This document shows, in pieces, positions 12,781 to 24,029 of a stretch of 64,000 nt of DNA. Each line of letters opens with the position of its first letter. Within the stretch, counting starts at the first letter, position 1. The stretch lies in the NCBI RefSeq assembly GCF_006345805.1, contig NC_043005.1:43710001-43774000 (forward strand), read 5' to 3'. The notes below the pieces were generated by a model. It did no database searches, had not been told where the DNA came from, and saw only the letters and a list, made by a program, of their open reading frames with translations. Position numbers and translations under genes: made by a program. Origin of the DNA: Octopus sinensis. Taxonomy: Eukaryota.

Positions 12781-12849
12781 CTGTGTATTCTTTTATTATT
12801 TTACTTGTTTCAGTCATTTTACTGTGGTCATGCTGGAGCACCACCTTAA
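12546..12849. repeat. ~300-bp chimeric fold-back palindrome
   Basis: 12546-12694 and 12706-12849 are near-perfect reverse complements around an 11-nt spacer, GTGTGTTTCTT. Confidence 0.9.
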
Positions 12850-13089
12850 CCCCATTGAATATCTAACGGTTTTGTGTTTCTTAAATGGCTTATAAACACC
12901 TTCCGCACAGCAATTGTTTTCGTTCCAGCACACGATCTCAGATCAAGTCACTCGCTATGCAAGTACATCTCCGTAATATATATATATATATGTACAAATT
13001 ATAATGAAATAGATAATACTTTGATAAACTGGTAATGCAAAATAGAATAATTCCTGAAAGAATGTTGAAGTGCAGATGTCAAAAGTGAC

Positions 13090-13970
13090 CACAAGTTGGT
13101 GATAGAGATATTTCAGTTAGAAATGAAAGAAAGAGAAGAGAAGGAAGGGTTTACCAGATTTGGTAAAAGAAAGTTAAAGGATGATAGAGAAATAGATGAA
13201 TCTGTAACCGAAAGTTAGAATCGATAGCACGTGGAGAATATTAAGCAAATATACCGAAATGTAGACAAAGCTGTTATGGTCAGAAAAAAAGATAAAAAGA
13301 AGGAAATGGATTTTGGATGAAACATGAGTTATTGAGGTACAAAGGGAATGAAAAGAAATTGTTGGAAGTCAGAGAAGGAATAAATGGAAGTAAAAGCGGA
13401 AATGGCAAAATATTGGTGTCTCAACAGAGAGGTGAAAATGTGTCCAAAAAGAGATAAAGGAAGATTCTTGGAAATGAATGCTGATGAAGGAGATAAATTA
13501 CTTGATGCAGGAGGCAGTGTATGAATCAAAAACACTTATAGAAAAATACTTTGAGATTACATGCAATGTAAAGAATCAAATAGGTTATGTTCAGAATTGA
13601 TGGGAAACTAATAATATCTGATATAAACATCCAGGGAAGATGGAAATAGCATTTTGATACAGACATAAACAAGGTTTAGTGGGAGGAATGTGTTGGTAAT
13701 TCCCAAATCACATGAGACACTGGAAGTGGTTATACATAAAATATCTGTTGGAGAAATAGGTTGAATCATTAAACAATTAAAGAATTGCAGAACGGCTCCT
13801 AGATTTGATGAGGAATATTAAAAACATGAGAAATATTAAAAACATATAAACATGACTGCAGGAATATCATTACTGTTTTATAACTTCTGAAGAATTGAAA
13901 AGATGCCTGAAGTTTGGATGGTTGGTGTAAAGAATAGGCCACCATAACATAGGGTATCTCAGAGACTGTG
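13090..13970 (+). mobile_element. Highly decayed RTE-like LINE ORF2 fragment (endonuclease-RT linker)
   Basis: The tract is purine-rich and yields broken translations such as LNREVKMCPKRDKGRFLEMNADEG, IDGKLIISDINIQGRWK and IIKQLKNCRTAP, with many stops and frameshifts. Confidence 0.5.
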
Positions 13971-14479
13971 GTAATCATCATCATCACTTAATGTCCGTTT
14001 TCCATTTTGGCATTGGTTGGACAGTTTGTCAGAAGCTGGTAAGGTCATATGCCACACCAGGTTCCACGGTCTGTTTTGGCATGGTTTCTATGGCTAGATG
14101 CCCTTTCTAATGCCAACTACTTTACAGAGTGTACTGGGTGCTTCTTTTATGTGATACCAGCACCAGAGCATCATACTGAAAACATTTAGTTTCCACCATC
14201 CCTTCATCTTCTCCAGCCACTATTCCTAAGAGGGTTGTGCAGATAGAGACCTTGGGCACCTCTTCTGTGGAGCCCTAACAGAAGCAACCATCATTACACA
14301 CTCAAGCTAGATACCCAGGTTTGACCAACAGAGATTATGGATAGCATCCAACCATCTCACCCGATGGATCAGTTTGAAAAATTCATCTTGTGATCTTGCA
14401 TATGGATGAGGACAGCTGCATAAAGAAGTGGAGGGTACTTGTGGAAAGGGTATGCCCATTCTGAGGCAGTGCCTTAAAG

Positions 14480-14830
14480 AATCTTTTAGTCAAATGAATC
14501 AACCCCAGTACTTATTTTTCTTCAAAGTCTGATACTTATTCTTTCAATATCTTTTGCCAAACCACTAAGTTACAGAGATGTAAACACACCAACATCGGTT
14601 GACAAGCAGTGGTGGGGTCTAAACACATACACAAACACACACACACATGTGCATTCACACACACACACACACATATGACAAGCTTCTTTCAGTTTTCATC
14701 TATCAAATATCCTCACAAGACTTTGGTTGACCTGATGTTATAGTAGAGGACACTTGCCCAAAGCGCTATACAGTAGGACTGAACCAAGAACCATGTGGTT
14801 TAGAAGCAAACTTCTTACCATACAGCTATA
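14480..14830 (-). mobile_element. SINE family A, diverged
   Basis: Reverse-complement match including the central (CA)n. Confidence 0.75.
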
Positions 14831-15385
14831 ACTATATAGAAGACTGATTATTTAGCCAGTAGGCTTCCAGTCATTATGGGGTTATAGCATTATACAACAA
14901 CCATGTCATTATTCAAGTAGAATTTGTTGAGGCAGATTTTCTACAGCTGGATGCCTTGCCCATTGCCAACAATTAACTGTTTCCAAGTAAGGTAATATTT
15001 CCCGATGATGGAACAGGTTTTCACGGAAGACTATAAACAACACTGCTTGTATGACAGTGATGTTCCTTTACGATCATAATATTGATGTCACGACAAAGGT
15101 ACACATATGCACACACATACACACATGTGTGCACACACACACACGCGTGCATATGCATGCGTGCACACACACGCATATGTGTGTGTATACACGCACACAC
15201 ACACACACACACACACAACACAGAGTTTCATCTACCAAGTTAATTCACAAGGTTTCAGTTATCCTGGGGCCATAGTAGAAGGCACTTGCTCAAGGTGCCA
15301 TAGAGTGGAACTGAACCTGGGAGGAACATAGCTGGGAAGCAAGCTTTTTAAATTCAGAGCCATACCTGTACTTATATCCATAAAA

Positions 15386-15790
15386 GGCACCCATGCTGGT
15401 GACACATGTGAGGCACCCATGCTGGTGACACGTGTGAGGCACCCATGCTGGTGACACATGTAAGGCACCAATGCTGGTGACACATGTGAGGCACCCATGC
15501 TGGTGACACATGTGAAGCACCCATGCTGGTGACACATGTGAAGCACCCATGCTGGTGACACATGTGAGGCACCCATGCTGGTGACACATGTGAGGCACCC
15601 ATGCAGGTGACACATGTGAGGCACCCATGCTGGTGACACATGTGAGGCACCCATGCTGGTGACACATGTGAGGCACTCATGCTGGTGACACATGTGAGGC
15701 ACCCATGCTGGTGACACATGTGAGGCACCCATGCTGGTGACATGTGAGGCACCCATGCTGGTGACACATGTAAGGCACCCATGCTGGTGA
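15386..15790. repeat. 26-bp minisatellite (GGCACCCATGCTGGTGACACATGTGA), 15 complete units plus one partial
   Basis: Units start at 15386, 15412 ... 15724 (24-bp variant), 15748 and 15774. The 26-aa periodicity of the three overlapping ORFs equals three units. Confidence 0.97.
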
Positions 15791-15837
15791 TGACATATAA
15801 AAGGTACCCAGTGCACTCTATGGAGTGGTTGGTGAGG

Positions 15838-16088
15838 GTGGAAACACATGGCTTAGTGGTTAGAGTGTTGGACTCCTGATTGTCAGATTGTGGTTTCGAT
15901 TCCTGAACCAGGCAATGCATTGTGTTATTGAGCAAAGCTCTTCATTTCACATTGCTCCAGTCCACTCAGCTGGCAAAAATGAGTAATCTTGTGATGGACC
16001 GGCATCCCGTCCTGGTGGGGAATTTATACATCATGGAAACTGGGAAACCGGCCCTTATGAGCTGGCAGGAGACGAGAAGGTTTACCTT
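15838..16088 (+). mobile_element. tRNA-derived SINE family D inserted into a family E element
   Basis: Head GGAAACACATGGCTTAGTGGTTAGAGTG...GGTTTCGATTCC. Family E sequence AGTGGTTGG before and AGTGGTCAG after resumes across the insertion. Confidence 0.75.
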
Positions 16089-17461
16089 TTAGTGGTCAGC
16101 ATTATGACGGACATCCAGCCATAGAAACCAAGCCAAAACAGACAGGACCCCAGTGGAGCTCTCTGGCTTACTAATCCTAGCCAAACCCTCTAACCCATGC
16201 CAGCAAGAAAAATGGACGTTAACTGGTGATGATGATGATGATGATCGTGGTGGTGTGTGTGTGTTTGTGTTTGTATGTGTTGTATGTTGGTGTGTGCACG
16301 CATACAAATATGAAAATGGAAGTCATGTTGCAAATGTAAAAAAATGTCAGACAAGATAGATGATACGTTTGTTCATATATTTCCTCATAAGTAGCCTTCC
16401 ATTTGTTTTTTTCACAAACGTTTACACATCATATTCTCTCTACACATCAATGCTAATACAGCCAATGCTGAAATACAGTAATTTTATTTTAAAAATTTAT
16501 TTAAAATTCTTAATACCACAATAATAACGTTTCTTATCTTTTAAGTCTCATATTTAATAGAAAATAATTCTTAATTTAATATTTTATTAATATCATTAAA
16601 AAAACATTCCTTATCTTTTAAGTCTCGCATAATAAGTCAATGTACAGATAATAGTAGCAAATACATTTATTTCTTTTTATTGTTTTTCGAATGGAAACAT
16701 GAACAAATTCCGCAAATGCTGAAAACATAGGAAAGTGATCTCACAAACCATTAACAAGAAACTTCCCAACGATAATTAATTAATGTTCATATTATCAATC
16801 TTTCTTTCACTTAGCTTTTTCTATTTTTTTTTGTTTTTTTGTTTTACTTTCTTAGTTTCTTCCTTTCTGGCATGAACATATGTGTGTGTGTGTGTGTATG
16901 TGTGTGTGTGTGTGTGTGTATGTGTGTGTGTGTGTGTGTGTATGTGTGTGTGTGTTTGTGGTGAAGATAAGTTCTAATTTAGGCACAGAGTTAGAAATTC
17001 TGAGGGAATAAGCGATCAGTTAAATCGGTCCTAATACACAACAGGTACTAAATTTATTGACTCTAGAAGGATGAAAGGCAAAGTTCATCTTGACAGGATT
17101 TCAACATAACAAGTTGGAATCAACAGAACATGTACATGTGTGTGAGTGTCTGTATATGTGTGTATGTGTGTCCATTTGTATGTCTATATGTATGTATGTA
17201 TGCATGTATATATGTATGTATGTGTGTGTATGTATGTATGTATGTATGTGTGTGTGTATGTATGTATGTATACATTTATGTATGTATGTATACATTTATG
17301 TTTGTATGCATGTATGCATTTATGTATGTATTAATGCATGTATGTACATATGTATGTATGTATTCATGCATGCATGCATTTATGTATGTATGTAAGCATG
17401 CATGTATGTATGTATTTAACATTAATCTGTATGTATGTATGTATGAATATATATTTACCTT

Positions 17462-17600
17462 AGGAATGAAAACTCAGAGTTGGGTTCAAAATTCTACCAG
17501 GACACCTGATGAAGGCTGGAGAGTAAATCAGCTGAAACGTTGTGGTAACGATAAACAAGATGAGGACACATATCCGTCCAATGTAAATAATGTAAATAAT
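17462..17600 (+). mobile_element. Penelope-like or retrozyme-like terminus carrying a hammerhead motif
   Basis: Contains CCTGATGAAGGCTGG...CAGCTGAAACGTTG, the motif typical of PLE termini, and ends in ATGTAAATAATGTAAATAAT. Confidence 0.65.
17501..17546 (+). ncRNA. Minimal type I hammerhead ribozyme (putative)
   Basis: Stem I GACAC (17501-05) / GTGGT (17542-46); core CTGATGA (17506-12) plus extra A; stem II GGCTGG / TCAGCT; GAAA (17534-37); palindromic ACGT stem III; predicted cleavage 3' of 17541 (GUU triplet). Confidence 0.65.
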
Positions 17601-17616
17601 ATACTTTATTTCATGT

Positions 17617-17785
17617 AGCTCCTGTCCTTGACAGATTTTGTATCAAGCTGAATCTCCCAGAAAACTATTGTAAGGATGTACATGCCTGTGGAGTGCTCAG
17701 CCACTTGCTTGTTAATTTCTTGAGCAGGCTGTTCCATTGATTGGATCAACCGGAACCCTTGTCATTGTAACTGACAGAGTGCCAT
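17617..17785 (+). mobile_element. SINE family G, 3' part
   Basis: GTGGAGTGCTCAGCCACTTGC...GAGCAGGCTGTTCCATTGATTGGATCAACCGGAACCC. A related piece follows the SINE A insertion at ~48450. Confidence 0.55.
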
Positions 17786-18200
17786 ATGCCGAGGTGTTGG
17801 AAACAGTTGCTATTAAGTCCAGGATTGGTGAAATATGCAGTGGAATTTCCAGCATAGGGTATGGACAGCTGTATCTTCACTTGCTGGAACGCAGGCAGCC
17901 AGACTGAGGACTGCTGGACTTTTGCTTGCTGGACTGCGTGCAACTAGACTTTTGTTCAGGTGATGTCTGGAATATCCTCCAGATAGGCCAAACCCTTGCG
18001 AGTGAACCTAGTAGATGAAAACTGAAAGGAGCCTGGCTTATGTAGATATGTCTGTGCATGTGTGTGTATGTGAGAGAGAGAGAGTGTGTGTACACATATA
18101 CATATATGTATACTCACTGTTAATACATTGGTATATATCAAACACGTCTTGTCTGTTTGTGTATATATCTTCCTAGCTATCAATCTATCTCTACACACAC

Positions 18201-18234
<34 letters not shown>

Positions 18235-18245
18235 AATATATATAT

Positions 18246-18292
<47 letters not shown>

Positions 18293-18952
18293 TTATTAGA
18301 GATAGAAACACCCACAATTTCATCAACTCCAAATGATATTAACTCAATCAAGCCATAAAATGTTAAATAATATACTTACTATTTATATTCATAATACCCA
18401 AATTTTCACATCACAGACTACACGTGTTTCATGAGGATACGTATGGTATTGTTAAGACACAAAGTCTCATTCCAAAACTCATTATGTTTAAGCACTTCCA
18501 ATCATCAGGTCTACTTTCCCCACATTTATAAATATAACTATGTAACTACTCATTAAATATCACTATGTTTGTATATATATATATATATATATATATATGC
18601 ATGTATGTATATATGTATGTATATATAGTAAGAGAGAGAAAGAAAGCGAGAAATAAATGTAATGGTAAGCAAGTTAGGCAGGTCATTATACAAAGTGTAT
18701 TAAATACATGAATTACAAAAAAATGTATATATGTTTACACAGAAAAAGGTCTGACTGACACAAAATAGAAATGATATCAAGAATGAAAGGGGTTGAAGAA
18801 AAGTATTACAAATCCAACAGCTACATCTAAGTGTATTCCGTATGGTGGATATTTGATTCTCATGTATGAACTATATATAAGCATATTTGTACATTACATC
18901 ATATGTAAAAAACATAGGCTCGTTTTTGAAGTGCTGAAATTTATTGTAGTAT

Positions 18953-19185
18953 AAGTAGAAAGATATATTTTTTTTTCAATGTGTAAGTACTGATAGAACA
19001 GCATTTGTGGGATGAAATCCTTACAGAGCAGAAAAATATGTCAGCAACCAGCCATGAGATTTGAACTCAAACTCTTTGAGTCTCATGGCTGATTGCTGAC
19101 AGATTTTTTCTGCTCTGTAAGGATTTCATCCCATATATGCTGTTCTATCAGTACTTATGCATTGTAAAAATATATCTTTCTACTT
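18953..19185. mobile_element. 233-bp hairpin (MITE-like fold-back element)
   Basis: The arms 18953-19059 and 19081-19185 are near-perfect reverse complements (e.g. GGGATGAAATCCTTACAGAGCAGAAAAA / TTTTTTCTGCTCTGTAAGGATTTCATCCC). Confidence 0.85.
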
Positions 19186-19189
19186 GTAA

Positions 19190-19190
19190 T

Positions 19191-19270
<80 letters not shown>

Positions 19271-19450
19271 GTAGGTAGGTAGGTACATACATACATACAT
19301 ACATACATACATACATACATACATACATTCATACATATATACATACATACATACATACATTCATACATACATACATACATACATACATATACAAACATAA
19401 ACAAACAGACAGACAGATAGATAGATAGATAGTGTGTGTGTGTGTGTGTG
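19190..19450. repeat. (ATAG)n-(GTAG)n-(ACAT)n compound tetranucleotide microsatellite
   Basis: Directly visible. Confidence 0.95.
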
Positions 19451-19874
19451 TTTGTGGGCACCTCTGTGTGCATGTATTTGTCATCATACATAACACTGAC
19501 AGAAACACATCTGTCAGCAAATATCAGTTGCAAAATTTCACATTTCAAAAAGATTGTTTCCATTCTGAGAAGACAGAAAGAAACCATAGAGGAATCTCCA
19601 TGAACATTTTCAAAAATATAACTGCATCAGTGCTGTTGTCATGCTCAAAATCACTTGGTGATATACTGATGGTAAATGTAAAGGAACTCCATAGTTATAT
19701 GTTCAGTATATAGAGACTGAGATAAATTAAGTTTGTGCCTTTGTGGTAAGAAGCTTGCTTCCCAACCATATGGTTCAGTCCCACTGTGTGGCACCTTAGG
19801 CAAGTGTCTTCTACAATAGCCTCAGACTGACCAAAGACTTGCAAGTGGATTTGGTTGGCAGAAACTGAAAAAAG

Positions 19875-20106
19875 GCGGTGAGCTGGCAGAAACGTTAGCA
19901 CACTGGGTGAAATGCTTAGCGGTATTTCGTCTGCCGCTACGTTCTGAGTTCAAATTGCACCGAGGTCAACTTTGCCTTTCATCCTTTTGGGGTTGATTAA
20001 ATAAGTACCAGTTATGCACTGGGGTTGATATAATCGACTCAATCCGTTTGTCTGTCCTTGTTTGTCCCCTCTGTGTGTAGCCCCTTGTGGGAAAGTAAAG
20101 AAATAA
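19875..20106 (+). mobile_element. SINE family B nested in a family A SINE (host ~19735-20490)
   Basis: Flanked by a 14-bp TSD, GAAACTGAAAAAAG (19861-74) / GAAACTAAAAGAAG (20107-20), which corresponds to the family A internal sequence GAAACTGAAAGAAG. Confidence 0.85.
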
Positions 20107-20125
20107 GAAACTAAAAGAAGCCCAT

Positions 20126-20165
<40 letters not shown>

Positions 20166-20819
20166 TGTGTGCCTGTGTTTGTCTCCTACTTTTATGAATG
20201 GATTTGGCTGATGGAAAGTGAAAGAAGCCTATTATGTGTGTGTGTGTGTGTGTGTGTGCACGTGCATGCCCATGTGTGTTTGTGCCCTACTACTGCTTAA
20301 CAACCGGTGTTGTTGTGTTTACATCCCTGTAACTTGGTGGTTCAGGAAAAGAGACTGAAAGAATAATTCCCAAGCTTATAATATAAATAAGTACTGGGAT
20401 TGATTAATTCATCAAAAAATATATTCTTCAAGGCAGTGCTCCAGTATGGCCACACTCTAATGACCGAAACAAGTAGCAGATAAGAGAGAAAAGAGAAAAC
20501 CTCTCCAAACTAGTATCAGTGTAAATCGATTTGGACTGAATTCTTATTCAGTGACTTAATACAATCTGTCTATTGAGAAGTATGTAGAACAGATGCCAAA
20601 ACTTGCAGGCTTGTATATCTGCAATCATATATCAATAAGGCCATGGAACAAATCATCAGGGAGAAATTGGTTATAAAATCTTGATCATGTTCAAATCATT
20701 GTTGCCCAAGCAGAAGCTACCTTACGCAGTGGCTGAAGCATCATGACAGGATGCAAAATCAGTTGTTTTAACCAATCAAATGGAGAATGTGATATATTAA
20801 GAGTCTGCAATGGTTTCTG

Positions 20820-21206
20820 CCAATATTGATTACAGAAGAATATACCGCAAAATTTCGTGACCTCGGCATAGTGGGTAAATTAGAAGAGTAGCTTTATAAC
20901 TTCCTAAAGGACAGATGTCAATTTGCTGCAGCTGACGGAGCTGTCACTGAATAGTCAATTATCCAGAACAGGATGTTACAAGAGACTATCGGAAAGAAAT
21001 TATTCTTTGTAATAGCTCTAACAATCTTATCTTTCACCCTCATATGCTGTGCGTATGATAATGTGATATCAAAAGGAGTAGAAGTCATCAAATCTATTGA
21101 AAATCCACAGGAGGGCTTCAATGTCTTATACGGATGTGTTAAATACAATATAAAGCTCATTGCAAGAAAGTTTCTAGCTGTCTACTATGAGTACTCCAAC
21201 AAATAA
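20820..21206 (+). mobile_element. Decayed CR1/L2-like reverse transcriptase fragment
   Basis: Translation KFRDLGIVGKLEE*LYNFLKDRCQ...MLQETIGKKLFFVIAL...CAYD...KSIENPQ tracks the canonical L..LGI.G....WL..FL..R.Q...GVPQG..LGP.LF...YADD of CR1-group RTs, with degenerate motifs. Confidence 0.65.
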
Positions 21207-21274
21207 ACAAAAGAAAAGGAAAAAAAAAAACCCACCACGATTCACAAAACCAGAAGCAGTTGCAGCACATTAGT

Positions 21275-21473
21275 TGGCAAGCTGGCAGAAAATATAGCAT
21301 GCTGGGAAAAATTTCATCTATTCTTACATTCTGAGTTCAAATTCCACCAAGGTCGACTTTGGCTATCATCCTTTCAGGGACCGATAAATCAAGTACCAGT
21401 TGAGTACTGGGGTCGATGTGATCGATTGTCCCCCTCCCCACAAAACCCAGGCCTTGTGCCTATAATAGAAAGG

Positions 21474-21523
<50 letters not shown>

Positions 21524-22110
21524 CATTATTATTAAGGTGAATTGTTAGCATGCCAGGCAAAATGCTTAGTGACATTTCGTCCACCATTACGTTTTGAGTT
21601 CAAATTCCACCAAGGTTGACTTTGCCTTTCATCCTTTTGGGGTTGATTAATTCATCTAAAAATATATTCTTCAAGGCACTGCCTCAGTATGGCCACAGTC
21701 TAATGACTGAAACAAGTGACAGATAAGAGATAAAAGAGAAAACCTCTCCAAACTAGAATCAGTGTAAATCGATTTGAACGGAATTCTCATTCAGTGACTT
21801 TATGCAATCTGTCTATTGAGAAGTATGTAGAACAGATGCCAAAACTTGCAGGCTTGTATATCTGCAATCATATATGAACACTAGAGTCAATCTAATTGAC
21901 TTACCCTACCCCTCACCCCACCCTAAATGGCTGGCCTTGTGCAAAAATTTGAAACCAGTATTATTATGGTGAGCTGCCAGAATCTTTACTATACCAGGCA
22001 AAATGCTTAGCAGCATTTTGTTCATCTTCACATTCTGAGTTCAATTTCCACTAAGGTCAGCTTTGCCTTTCATCCTTCTGAGGTCAAATAAAATAAGTAC
22101 CAGTTGAGTG
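21275..22110 (+). mobile_element. Cluster of short SINE family C copies (family B-like head, GGCCTTGTG..(ATT)n tail)
   Basis: Repeated GCTGGCAGAA...TTCTGAGTTCAAATTCCACCAAGGTCGACTTTG...AAGTACCAGTTGAG units at ~21275, ~21535 and ~21968. Confidence 0.7.
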
Positions 22111-22189
22111 AGTACCAGCTGATTGTGAGCTGAATAGCCTAACCAATACGCAACATGCCTTCACTCTAGCATATCGATACAAACATTTA

Positions 22190-22680
22190 TTACAATAATA
22201 ATAATAAGGGAATTATTGTATACAGTGCTCAGGTGCACCACAACATGTCAAAAGTGTGTATAAAGCATATGCAGTAATGTACAAATGTCTGGGAAGTGAA
22301 CAGTGTATGAGTCAGATACATGCTTGCATGTGTATGGAGGGGAGAAAATCAGGTGTAGTGTTGGCAAATCTCAGGAAGCATGGAAGTTTTGAAGGATGCA
22401 GTGCTCCAACAACTAACAACTTATGCTGGCAGTTTGTTCCATGCTTTGGCAACTCTCAGCGTGAAAAAATGTTTCTGAAAGTCATGGGAGCTGTGCTGTT
22501 TCTGACTTCATAAGCATGTCCACGGGTGTTAGACAGGTGGAGTTTGAAAAGGTGCTCAGAGTTATTGTTAGTAAGATGGTTAATAAATTTTATGAGTGTC
22601 TGCCAAGTCAGCTGCCAGACATTGGAGTTTCAATGTATCCATGCCCAGGGAAGTAAGGCGTTCAGAATATGGCAAATGCT
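22190..22680 (-). mobile_element. CR1/L2-like LINE 3' end (RT C-terminus and tail)
   Basis: Minus-strand translation HLPYSERLTSLGMDTLKL..LAADLADTHKI and, after a frameshift, HLFKLHLSNTRGHAYEVRKQHSSHDFQKHFFTLRVAKAWNKLP, the conserved TRGH...FF..RV...WN.LP CR1-group end. (ATT)n tail at ~22190-22205. Confidence 0.85.
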
Positions 22681-22712
22681 CTTTACATATATATGCATAT
22701 AATGCATAGTCA

Positions 22713-22931
22713 CTCTTTTACTCTTTTACTTGTTTCAGTCGTTTGACTGTGGCCATGCTGGAGTACCGCCTTTAATCGAGCAACTCGACCCCGGGACTTA
22801 TTCTTTTGTAAGCCCAGTACCTATTCTATCGGTCTCTTTTGCCGAACCGCTAAGTAACGGGGACATAAACACACCAGCATCGGTTGTCAAGCAATGCTAG
22901 GGGGACAAACACATACACACAAACACACACA

Positions 22932-22976
<45 letters not shown>

Positions 22977-23132
22977 GACAGGCTTCTTTCAGTTTCCGTC
23001 TACCAAATCCACTCACAAGGCTTTGGTCGGCCCGAGGCTATAGTAGAAGACACTTGCCCAAGGTGCCACGCAGTGGGACTGAACCCAGAACCATGTGGTT
23101 GGTTAGCAAGCTACTTACCACACAGCCACTCC
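22713..23132 (-). mobile_element. Full-length, CpG-rich (young-looking) SINE family A
   Basis: Complete from head (GGAGTGGCTGTGTGGTAAGTAGCTTGC) to (AGTAAAAG)n tail; retains many CpGs lost in other copies. Confidence 0.92.
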
Positions 23133-23723
23133 ACACTCACACATACGCACTTCCACATTTTGGCTATTCTTGACTCACACCTTTGAATCACCCACTTTCA
23201 CCTGTCAGTGCTATCTGACTGCTGCTAACTCAACAACCCCCTAACACCCACAAGCACATATCCATGATCACATTCTTACTCTGTTTTCCTCCCTTTGTAC
23301 CAGCTCTTCTCTCAAAAGAGACCTATTTTGTTCTCTCTTCCTTCTGTCGGCCAAGTTCCTTCTTTCCAATGACATATGTGTACCAACATCCTTACATCTT
23401 GTTTCTTTTTTTTTTTTTAATCTTCTAGCATCTTCAGTATTTACCTTTTTTTTGTAAATTTTTATCACCTTCTTAGATTTTCGTCTTGTCTTGGAAAATT
23501 ACCAGCTTGAGCATTATTTGACTTTAATCTCATGTTCAACTTTTAGAATTTTGAACTGTTTTAACCCTTCAGTGTTAACTTCACAGCTGCATATCTGGAA
23601 AACATATTCCAAGCCATGCTTGCTGTTCTTTATGCACAAGCACAAACAGATATCTTCCACTTTGTACATGCCATTTTATAGTGCTTCCTCAACACTTTTA
23701 CAGACACACACCACACACACATG

Positions 23724-23764
<41 letters not shown>

Positions 23765-23766
<2 letters not shown>

Positions 23767-23988
23767 TTTTTACTCTTTTACTTGTTTCAGTCATTTGAAT
23801 GCGACCATTCTAGAGCACTGCCTTTAGTCTAGTCGAGCAAATCGACCCCGGGACTTATTCTTTGTAAGCCTAGTACTTATTCTATTGGTCTCTTTTGCCG
23901 AACCGCTAAGTGACGGGGACATAAACACACCAGCATTGGTTGTCAAGCAAAGCTAGGGAGACAAACACAGACACACAAACATACACAT

Positions 23989-24029
<41 letters not shown>

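Noticed and set aside
15259-15935. 128-196-aa ORFs with Cys/His-rich 26-aa repeats, and the array as a possible CRISPR
   Set aside because: All three minus frames are open only because the 26-bp unit lacks stops. The units are contiguous with no unique spacers, and the context is eukaryotic with no cas genes.
20400-21875. LTR retrotransposon (direct repeats around an RT)
   Set aside because: No TG...CA ends, PBS or PPT, and the RT fragment is CR1-like (non-LTR).
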